IMG/VR virus record: IMGVR_UViG_3300007345_000031
Strand: one strand, 5' to 3'
Length of the DNA stretch: 20,000 nt
DNA from: an uncultured virus (IMG/VR IMGVR_UViG_3300007345_000031)
Taxonomy: Duplodnaviria > Heunggongvirae > Uroviricota > Caudoviricetes
Positions 9,963-17,600 of this stretch are shown in pieces. Both the position numbers and the translations under genes were made by a program. The notes beneath the pieces are model-generated. The model saw only the letters and a program-made list of their open reading frames with translations. It was not told the DNA's origin and ran no database searches. Position 1 is the first letter of the stretch. The number at the start of each line of letters is the position of its first letter.

Positions 9963-10128
9963 ATCAATTCAACTGGATAATATCAATAAGCAATTTGAAT
10001 ATTTTAAAATTTCTAAAGAAGTTGATAATATTACTTGCATTGATTCTCTTAAGAATATGTTAAAAGCATATATTAAGTTATACTATAAGCAACAAGAGGT
10101 ATTAACCAACATGGCTAAAATGCCATAA
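9952..10128 (+). CDS. 58-aa helical protein, putative NblA-like (phycobilisome degradation adaptor-like); not in the ORF track
   Basis: Manual translation: MDPESIQLDNINKQFEYFKISKEVDNITCIDSLKNMLKAYIKLYYKQQEVLTNMAKMP*. AAGGAG Shine-Dalgarno at 9938-9943, 8 nt before the ATG. Overlaps the upstream gene by 11 nt and fills the gap before gp13. The ORF is well supported; the NblA call rests only on size and helix-loop-helix pattern. Confidence 0.6.
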   Translation: MDPESIQLDNINKQFEYFKISKEVDNITCIDSLKNMLKAYIKLYYKQQEVLTNMAKMP

Positions 10129-10131
10129 ATA
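10125..10131 (+). promoter_or_regulatory. T4-like late promoter upstream of gp13
   Basis: ccATAAATAtt overlaps the TAA of the 58-aa ORF and ends 21 nt upstream of the gp13 ATG. Confidence 0.7.
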
Positions 10132-10152
10132 TTCAAAAAAGAGTCCATAGAT

Positions 10153-10995
10153 ATGGCGCAACCATCCACAAAACAAGAGTTAATAGATTATGCAAAAAGA
10201 AAACTGGGAGCGCCAGTTTTAGAAATTAATGTTGCGGATGAGCAAATTGATGACTTAATTGATGATGCTGTTCAATTTTTTCAAGAACGGCATTTTGATG
10301 GTGTATATCCTGCATTATTTAAATATCAAATAACAGAAGAAGACATAAATCGAGGAAAAGCAAAGGCCCCGACAGGTGTTGGTATCGCTACGACTTCTGC
10401 CACAGAAACAATTGTTGGTACAGCAACAACTTTCAGTTATTATGAAAATTCAAATTATTTAAAAATTCCAAATTCTGTAATTGGTGTTACTAAAATATTT
10501 CATTTTGATGGATCTAATGCTGTTTCCAGCAATATGTTTAGTGCCAAATATCAATTATTTTTAAATGACGTTTATTATTGGGGTTCGACAGAACTTTTAT
10601 CTTATTCAATGGTAAAAACATATCTTGAAGATATTAATTTTTTACTTACTACACAAAAACAAATTAGATATAATAAGAGACAAGATAGACTTTATTTGGA
10701 TATTGATTGGAATACGGTAAATGCCGGAGACTTTTTTATCATCGATTGTTTTTCTGTTTTAGATCCAAATTCATATTCTGAAGTATGGAATGATTCTTTT
10801 TTGAAAAAATATGTGACTTCACTGATTAAGAAACAGTGGGGCCAAAATTTAATTAAATTTCAAGGCGTAAAACTTCCCGGTGGTGTGGAGCTTAATGGAA
10901 GACAGTTATATGATGATGCTCAAAAAGAAATAGACGACCTAATGGAAAAAATGTCAAATACATACGAACTTCCTCCATTAGATATGATTGGTTAA
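10153..10995 (+). CDS. gp13: Neck (head-tail adaptor) protein gp13, 280 aa
   Basis: P.TKQELIDYAKRKLGAPVLEINVADEQIDDLIDDAVQFFQERHFDG; WNDSFLKKY..LIKKQWGQNLIKFQGVKLPGGVELNG; ends ELPPLDMIG. Confidence 0.93.
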   Translation: MAQPSTKQELIDYAKRKLGAPVLEINVADEQIDDLIDDAVQFFQERHFDGVYPALFKYQITEEDINRGKAKAPTGVGIATTSATETIVGTATTFSYYENSNYLKIPNSVIGVTKIFHFDGSNAVSSNMFSAKYQLFLNDVYYWGSTELLSYSMVKTYLEDINFLLTTQKQIRYNKRQDRLYLDIDWNTVNAGDFFIIDCFSVLDPNSYSEVWNDSFLKKYVTSLIKKQWGQNLIKFQGVKLPGGVELNGRQLYDDAQKEIDDLMEKMSNTYELPPLDMIG

Positions 10996-10999
10996 TGCT

Positions 11000-12421
11000 A
11001 TGCTAAATCCATTTTTTCTACAAGGGTCGCAAACAGAGCAAGGTCTGGTTCAAGATCTCATAAATGAGCAATTGAGAATGTATGGTGTAGAAGTACATTA
11101 TATTCCTAGAAAATATGCAACTGAAAAGACAATAATCCAAGAAGTCATTCAATCAAAATTTGATCAGGCTCATCCTATTGAGGCATATGTCAATAATTAT
11201 GAAGGGTATGGTGATAATACAACTATCCTTTCAAAGTTTGGTATACAAGCAACAAATGAAATTGAATTGATAATTTCTAAAGAAAGATATGAGCAATATA
11301 TATCACCATTACTCAAAGATAGGTCTAACGTAAAACTAACTACTCGGCCAAAAGAAGGAGACTTAATTTATTTTCCACTAGGCGATAGGATTTTTGAAAT
11401 TAAGTTTGTTGAGCACGAAAAACCATTCTATCAACTTAGAAAAAACTATGTTTATGTTCTGAAATGTGAACTATTCAGAATGGAACAAAATGATATCCTC
11501 GATACGGGTATTTCAGAAGTTGATGATGTTCTTACAGGAATCTCAACAAATTTAGACGATGGTTATGTCTCATTTGGTAGTGTACAAACTTTAAATATGG
11601 TTGGTGCAGGAGTGACTGCAACTGCATCCATATCTCAAGTGTTAAATGGATCAATTCAATATATTACAGTCACTAATCGTGGTGGTGGGTATTCAAGTGC
11701 ACCAACAGTTGCTATATCCTCTGCACCTTCTGGAGGAACTACTGGAATAGCAACGGCAGTGATGATTAGTGGTATTGTTGTATGTACAGACAATACTAAT
11801 CCTAACGCAAAGTCTGTTCAATCAGTTAATTTAGTTAATCCTGGTAGTGGTTATACCACTGCACCTGGAATTAGATTCATTGGAGGTGGTGGAAGTGGTG
11901 CAGCTGCGACTTCTATGATATCTACAGGTTCTATTGGTCCAATTACAGTTTCGAATGCTGGATCTGGTTATACTGTTGCCCCACCTGTCACGTTTACAGG
12001 AATTTCCACAGTATCAGCCGCTGCCACTGCGGTGGTGAGTTCTGCAGGAACAATTACTGCAATTAATATTACAAATACTGGTACTGGATATACTGAAGCA
12101 CCAACGGTCACCATAGGATCTCCATATTTGTCTGGAATTGGAACTTATATTTTCAATGAAGTTATTACAGGTTCTACTAGTGGAACAACAGCAAGAGTTA
12201 GATCTTGGAATGTAAATACTAGTGTTCTTGAAATTGCTTCTGCTAGTGGAGAATTTGTTTCCGGAGAAACTGTCGTTGGTGAAGATTCTGAAGCATCTTA
12301 TATGATAAGAACGATAACTGAATTTGAGGCATCAGATGGATTTAGTAGTAATGATGATATAGAGACAGAAGCTGATGCAATTATCGACTTTTCAGAGGGA
12401 AATCCTTTTGGTCAGGCATAA
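11000..12421 (+). CDS. gp14: Neck protein gp14 (head closure) with inserted Gly/Thr-rich beta repeats, 473 aa
   Basis: LNPFF..G...EQ.LVQDLINEQLRMYG.EV.YIPR, SKFG, RPKEGDLIYFPL, FEIKFVEHEKPFYQL and C-terminal IIDFSEGNPFG. The ATG at 11000 is preferred over the TTG at 10988 used by the ORF track. Confidence 0.9.
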   Translation: MLNPFFLQGSQTEQGLVQDLINEQLRMYGVEVHYIPRKYATEKTIIQEVIQSKFDQAHPIEAYVNNYEGYGDNTTILSKFGIQATNEIELIISKERYEQYISPLLKDRSNVKLTTRPKEGDLIYFPLGDRIFEIKFVEHEKPFYQLRKNYVYVLKCELFRMEQNDILDTGISEVDDVLTGISTNLDDGYVSFGSVQTLNMVGAGVTATASISQVLNGSIQYITVTNRGGGYSSAPTVAISSAPSGGTTGIATAVMISGIVVCTDNTNPNAKSVQSVNLVNPGSGYTTAPGIRFIGGGGSGAAATSMISTGSIGPITVSNAGSGYTVAPPVTFTGISTVSAAATAVVSSAGTITAINITNTGTGYTEAPTVTIGSPYLSGIGTYIFNEVITGSTSGTTARVRSWNVNTSVLEIASASGEFVSGETVVGEDSEASYMIRTITEFEASDGFSSNDDIETEADAIIDFSEGNPFGQA

Positions 12422-12423
12422 AG

Positions 12424-12431
12424 TATAAATA
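12424..12431 (+). promoter_or_regulatory. Perfect T4 late promoter TATAAATA upstream of gp15
   Basis: Exact T4 late consensus in the gp14-gp15 spacer, 28 nt before the ATG at 12460. Confidence 0.85.
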
Positions 12432-12459
12432 GAACTTATTGGCCCTCTAAAGTGTAGAA

Positions 12460-13464
12460 ATGTTTGATTATTTTTATCACGAAATTTTTAGAAAAACAAT
12501 CATTGCTTTTGGAACATTATTCAACAGCATAGAAATTAGGCAGACAAATTCTGCAGATTCTGTTGTTAATATAATGAAAGTGCCTCTTGCATATGGGCCC
12601 ACACAGAAGTTTTTAGCAAGACTTGAGCAATCTCCGGATTTAAATAAACCAACTCAAATGACACTACCAAGAATGTCATTTGAATTTACTGGTGTTACAT
12701 ATGATCCTTCTAGAAAAATTACCGCAACTCAACAATTTGTTGTAAAAAATCCAAATGATGGATCGGACGTTAAGAAATCGTTCATGCCTGTTCCATATAA
12801 TATGCAGTTTGAATTGAGTATTATGACAAAACTCAATGATGATGCTTTGCAAATAGTTGAGCAAATTCTTCCATATTTTCAACCAGCATATAATCTATCA
12901 GTGACTCTCGTAGAATCTGGAATAAATGAGAAAAGGGATATTCCCATTGTTTTAGAAAATGTCACAATGCAAGATGATTATGAGGGCGATTATTCTACAA
13001 GAAGAGTTCTTCTTTACACATTGAGGTTTAGTGCAAAGACGTATCTTTTTGGACCTGTTTCTTCTGCATCCAAGGATATTATCAAGTCTTCAACAATCAG
13101 TTATATTACTGGTACAGATACTACAAATACCACAAGAAATCTTTCTTACACGGCCGTCCCAAGAGCAATTAAGAATTATAGTGGTGATGTATTAACCAAT
13201 CTAACATCAGATATTGTAAAAACAGACACATCTATTGAAGTTGATGATGCAAGTTCTATTACAAATAAAACGTATCTTGATTTGGAAGGAGAGCAAATAT
13301 TTGTCACTCGAATTGATGGCAATACTATGACAGTGGAAAGGGGTAAAGATGGCACTACTATTACAGATCATCTTCGTGGTGCTCCGATAAAACCAATTAC
13401 AGCAACCGATAATGCACTTGTCGAATTTGGAGATGATTTTGGTTTTGATGGTACTATAAGTTAA
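12460..13464 (+). CDS. gp15: Tail sheath stabilizer / tail terminator gp15 with a C-terminal extra domain, 334 aa
   Basis: MF.YFYHEIFRKTIIAFGTLFN, KVPLAYGP.QKFLARL, TLPRMSFE, PVPYN..FEL, QIVEQILPYFQP and DDYEGD..TRR motifs; follows gp14. Confidence 0.93.
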   Translation: MFDYFYHEIFRKTIIAFGTLFNSIEIRQTNSADSVVNIMKVPLAYGPTQKFLARLEQSPDLNKPTQMTLPRMSFEFTGVTYDPSRKITATQQFVVKNPNDGSDVKKSFMPVPYNMQFELSIMTKLNDDALQIVEQILPYFQPAYNLSVTLVESGINEKRDIPIVLENVTMQDDYEGDYSTRRVLLYTLRFSAKTYLFGPVSSASKDIIKSSTISYITGTDTTNTTRNLSYTAVPRAIKNYSGDVLTNLTSDIVKTDTSIEVDDASSITNKTYLDLEGEQIFVTRIDGNTMTVERGKDGTTITDHLRGAPIKPITATDNALVEFGDDFGFDGTIS

Positions 13465-13477
13465 GTAATTAAAAAAT

Positions 13478-13906
13478 ATGACTAAAAAGTATGAAGATTT
13501 GAGCGATGCTTTTAATGTAGAAGCAGAAATAGTTCCTGAAAAAGAAAATGACATGAATGTACCTGTAATAACACCTGATGAAAAAAAGATTTCAAATGAT
13601 GTTCAAAAAGATTATGAATATACGAGAGGAAATTTATATTCGATAATTGAAAAAGGTCAAGAAGCAATTAATGGTATTCTTGAGTTAGCTCAAGAAACGG
13701 AGCAACCAAGGGCATATGAAGTTGCTGGTCAATTAATTAAAAGTGTTTCAGATGCGACAGATAAATTAATGGAACTTCAGAAAAAACTAAAGGATGTTGA
13801 GGAAGATAAAGGTCCAAAAGGTCCAACAAATGTTACTAATGCACTCTTTGTTGGTTCTACAGCAGAATTAGCTAAACTCTTGAAAAAACAAAACGAAGAT
13901 AAATAA
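13478..13906 (+). CDS. gp16: Terminase small subunit gp16, 142 aa
   Basis: DYEYTRGNLYSIIEKGQEAINGILELAQE..PRAYEVAGQLIK and NNALFVGSTAEL-like (TNALFVGSTAEL) motifs; follows gp15. Confidence 0.92.
   Translation: MTKKYEDLSDAFNVEAEIVPEKENDMNVPVITPDEKKISNDVQKDYEYTRGNLYSIIEKGQEAINGILELAQETEQPRAYEVAGQLIKSVSDATDKLMELQKKLKDVEEDKGPKGPTNVTNALFVGSTAELAKLLKKQNEDK
13899..13905 (+). promoter_or_regulatory. T4-like late promoter for the inserted fibre cassette
   Basis: gATAAATAactaaaaa overlaps the gp16 stop codon and ends 20 nt upstream of the ATG at 13926. Confidence 0.7.
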
Positions 13907-13925
13907 CTAAAAATACAAGTGTGTC

Positions 13926-14258
13926 ATGGCAGCAACATCGGTAAATTTAACAATAGATAAAGGAACCGACTTTGAGGCAACTTTTAATCTAACAAATAGT
14001 GATGAATCGATTGCAAATTTGGCAAGTTCTTCAATATCTGCAAAAATTAAAAAACATCCAACAGCATCTTCTTCAGTATCTTTTGCATCAACCATAACTG
14101 AAGCAACGGGAAAAGTTATAATATCAATGGCATCCACAGTTACTTCAGAATTAAGTTCTGGAAGAAATTACTACGATGTTTTGTTGACTGATAGTGGAGG
14201 TTCTGTATCAAAAGTTATTCAAGGTATGGTTTTAGTTAATGATTCTGTATCATCATGA
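13926..14258 (+). CDS. Small beta-sandwich virion protein (BppU-N / LtfC-p132-like fibre adaptor candidate), 110 aa
   Basis: Pattern NLTIDKGTDF..TFNL...AKIKKH...F......G.VIIS....T..L..GR.YYDVLL...G.VSKVIQG.VLV is typical of this cyanophage structural family. The fold and function assignment is inference. Confidence 0.65.
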   Translation: MAATSVNLTIDKGTDFEATFNLTNSDESIANLASSSISAKIKKHPTASSSVSFASTITEATGKVIISMASTVTSELSSGRNYYDVLLTDSGGSVSKVIQGMVLVNDSVSS

Positions 14259-14584
14259 CAGAATACAACGTATCTTTAACAAGTTCAGAATATAGCATTT
14301 CTTTAGATACCCAGTCTTCTTTAACAGTATCTAGTGTTAGTATAGGAGCAACAGCTGTGCCTGCAAAATTTTCAGATCTTTCAGATTTTAATGGAGATTC
14401 AGTATCTGATAAGTACGTAATTATGTACAATTCGTCAACACAAACTTATGAGGCAGTCAATCCTGATGAAATATTTACAGCTGCTGTAAATGAAACCTCA
14501 TCTCCAGGAATATCTACTGTATTTTTAAATCAATTGGGAAGTGATTTAGATAATCAAATAGATGTTGATGCTGGGACTTTCTGA
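14255..14584 (+). CDS. Small fibre-associated hypothetical protein, 109 aa
   Basis: ATGA start/stop overlap with the previous gene suggests translational coupling. SDLSDF..DKYVIMYN motif and a C-terminal IDVDAGTF (D-[GA]-G-x-F) motif of the kind seen in phage fibre-module proteins. Confidence 0.7.
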   Translation: MTEYNVSLTSSEYSISLDTQSSLTVSSVSIGATAVPAKFSDLSDFNGDSVSDKYVIMYNSSTQTYEAVNPDEIFTAAVNETSSPGISTVFLNQLGSDLDNQIDVDAGTF

Positions 14585-14587
14585 AAG

Positions 14588-14594
14588 ATAAATA
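14588..14594 (+). promoter_or_regulatory. T4-like late promoter upstream of the collagen fibre gene
   Basis: gATAAATAtt directly after the previous stop, 57 nt upstream of the ATG at 14652; GAGG ribosome-binding site at 14641-14644. Confidence 0.7.
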
Positions 14595-14602
14595 TTTTTA
14601 AT

Positions 14603-14634
14603 GCCTGGTATATACTAGGTTTAAGGTAAATACC
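14603..14634 (+). promoter_or_regulatory. Two tandem small hairpins in the 5' leader of the fibre gene (candidate cis-regulatory element)
   Basis: GCCTGGT-ATAT-ACTAGGT (14603-14620; 7-bp stem with two G-U pairs) and GGT-AAAT-ACC (14625-14634). Both share the core GGTAWATAC. Confidence 0.4.
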
Positions 14635-14651
14635 ATCAATGAGGAAGTTGA

Positions 14652-17600
14652 ATGGCTGACCCAACGATAAGAATTAAAAGGTCTTCTGTCGCCGGAAAAA
14701 TTCCGACAGGAGACCAATTATCTTTAGGAGAAATAGCCCTAAACACATATGATGGTAAGTTTTACGCTTCTAAAAATGTTGGTATTGGAACTACAGTATT
14801 TGCAGTCAATACATGGTCTGCTGGAGTAGGGACTAATTATTATGATACTTATTTTACTGAAGGTAATGTTGGAATAGGAACGACAATACCAACATCAAAA
14901 CTTCATGTTGGTGGTGATATTTTAGTATCTGGGTTTTCGACAGTAAGTAATATTAAAATTGAAAATTCACTATATGATTCAAACAATAACGTAGGTTCAT
15001 CTGGATCGGTATTAAGTTCCACAGGTTCCAATTTAATCTGGATATCTCAAGTTGCTGGAAATCAAGGTTTCCAAGGTGCACAAGGTAATCAAGGATATCA
15101 AGGAAACACAGGATCTCAAGGTGCCGCAGGGTCTACAGGTGCACAGGGTTCACAAGGAACTTCAGGATCCCAAGGTAATCAAGGAAATCAGGGCGATACT
15201 GGAGTACAAGGTTCTACTGGAGCACAAGGTGCCACAGGTTCTCAAGGTGCTACTGGAGCTCAAGGTGCTACTGGTGCTCAAGGAGATGTTGGTGCACAGG
15301 GTAATCAAGGTAATCAAGGTAATCAAGGAACTTCAGGATCCCAAGGTAATCAAGGTAATCAAGGCGATACTGGTGCTCAAGGTGCACAAGGTGCCACAGG
15401 TGCTCAAGGAGACACTGGTGCTCAAGGTGCTCAAGGCGATACTGGAGCTCAAGGTAATGAAGGCGATACTGGAGCTCAAGGAGACACAGGTGCTCAAGGT
15501 AATCAAGGAGACACTGGTGCTCAAGGCAATCAAGGTAATCAAGGTAATCAAGGTGCTACAGGAACCCAAGGTAATCAAGGTAATCAAGGAGACACTGGTG
15601 CTCAAGGCAATCAAGGCGATACGGGAGCTCAAGGTGCCACAGGTGCTCAAGGAAATCAGGGCAATGATGGAAATTTTGGTGGTGCTACCTTTGATTATAC
15701 ATTTAGCACTACAACAACAGATTCTGATCCCGGTCAGGGAAATTTAAGATTTAACAATGCTACTTTATCATCAGCTACATTAATGTATATTGATGATGAA
15801 GATGATAATGGAACTGACATACAATCATTTTTAAGAACTATTGATGATTCCACTTCCACAATTAAAGGACATGTTAGAGTATCTAATAAATTAGATGCTG
15901 GTGATTTTGCACTGTTTACAATTAGTGGAACAAATGTAGAAGCAACTGGATATCATAAAGTAACTGTAACTTTTGTTTCTGGGAGTGCATCTTCATTTAG
16001 TGATAGTGAAGATATAATAGTTACCTTTGCTAGAACTGGTAATATTGGTGACACTGGAGCTCAAGGTGCTCAAGGTAATCAAGGTGCTACAGGCACTGGT
16101 GCTCAAGGAGACACTGGTGCTCAAGGTAATCAAGGACATCAAGGTCTTACTGGATCTGGAGCTCAAGGTGCTCAAGGAGATACAGGAGCTCAAGGTAATC
16201 AAGGCGATACGGGAGCTCAAGGTGCCACAGGTGCTCAAGGTAATCAAGGCGATACTGGAGCTCAAGGTAATCAAGGCGATACTGGAGCTCAAGGAGACAC
16301 TGGTGCTCAAGGTAATCAAGGAGATACTGGAGCACAAGGTAATCAAGGCGATACGGGAGCTCAAGGTGCCACAGGTGCTCAAGGTGCTCAAGGAGATGTT
16401 GGTGCACAAGGTAATCAAGGACATCAAGGTGATACAGGAGCACAAGGTAATCAAGGAGATACTGGAGCACAAGGTGCCACAGGTGCTCAAGGAAATCAAG
16501 GTAATCAAGGTAATCAAGGCAATCAAGGTAATCAAGGAAATACTGGCGATACTGGTGCTCAAGGTGCCACAGGAAATACTGGTGCTCAAGGTGCACAAGG
16601 CAATCAAGGAAATCAGGGATATCAGGGAGATCAAGGTGATAAAGGAGGTCTTTTATATCTCTTTGATGGTGCAAGTCAGGCAAGTGACCCATCTAATGGA
16701 GATGTTAGATTTAACAATGCTACATTTGGTTCTGTAACAATAGTATATGTTGATGGACTAACATCAGATGCAGCAAATATAGAAACTTATGTTGATACTT
16801 GGGGAGATTCTACCAATACCGTTAAAGGTCATTTAATTATAAAATCAAATACAAATTCGGATGTAACATATTGTATTTTTGAAGTTACTGGGGTTAGTGC
16901 ACAAACTGGATGGACTAATATTAATGTCCAAAACCCAGTAGGGTCTGCACCATCAGATAATGAATCAATAGTTCTTGAATTTATTAGATCTGGTGATATA
17001 GGTGCTCAAGGTGCTCAAGGAGCACAGGGAAATCAAGGATATCAAGGTGATACTGGAGCTCAAGGTAATCAGGGCCATCAAGGAGACACAGGTGCTCAAG
17101 GCAATCAAGGTAATCAAGGAGACACTGGTGCTCAAGGTGCCACAGGTGCTCAAGGAGATGTTGGTGCACAAGGTAATCAAGGTAATCAGGGAGATGTAGG
17201 TGCTCAAGGTGCACAAGGTGCCACAGGTGCTCAAGGAGATGTTGGTGCTCAAGGTAATCAAGGACATCAAGGACATCAAGGTGCCACAGGTGCTCAAGGA
17301 GACGTTGGTGCACAAGGTAATCAAGGCAATCAAGGTAATCAAGGTGCCACAGGTGCTCAAGGAGACACCGGAGCTCAAGGTAATCAAGGACATCAAGGAG
17401 ACACTGGTGCTCAAGGTAATCAAGGACATCAAGGTGATACCGGAGCTCAAGGTAATCAAGGGCATCAAGGAGACACCGGAGCTCAAGGTAATCAAGGGCA
17501 TCAAGGTGATACCGGAGCACAGGGAAATCAAGGATATCAAGGTGATACCGGAGCACAGGGAAATCAAGGATATCAAGGTGATACTGGAGCACAGGGTAAT

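Noticed and set aside
10988..10999. TTG start for gp14 given by the ORF track
   Set aside because: The ATG at 11000 gives the family-typical N-terminus MLNPFF and avoids overlap with gp13.
12676..14430. Antisense ORFs over gp15, gp16 and the two small cassette genes
   Set aside because: They overlap well-supported + strand genes and show no independent coding signals.
14603..14625. Leader hairpin considered as a rho-independent terminator
   Set aside because: The stem is weak, only about three U follow, and it lies just downstream of a late promoter. It is reported as a candidate leader element instead.
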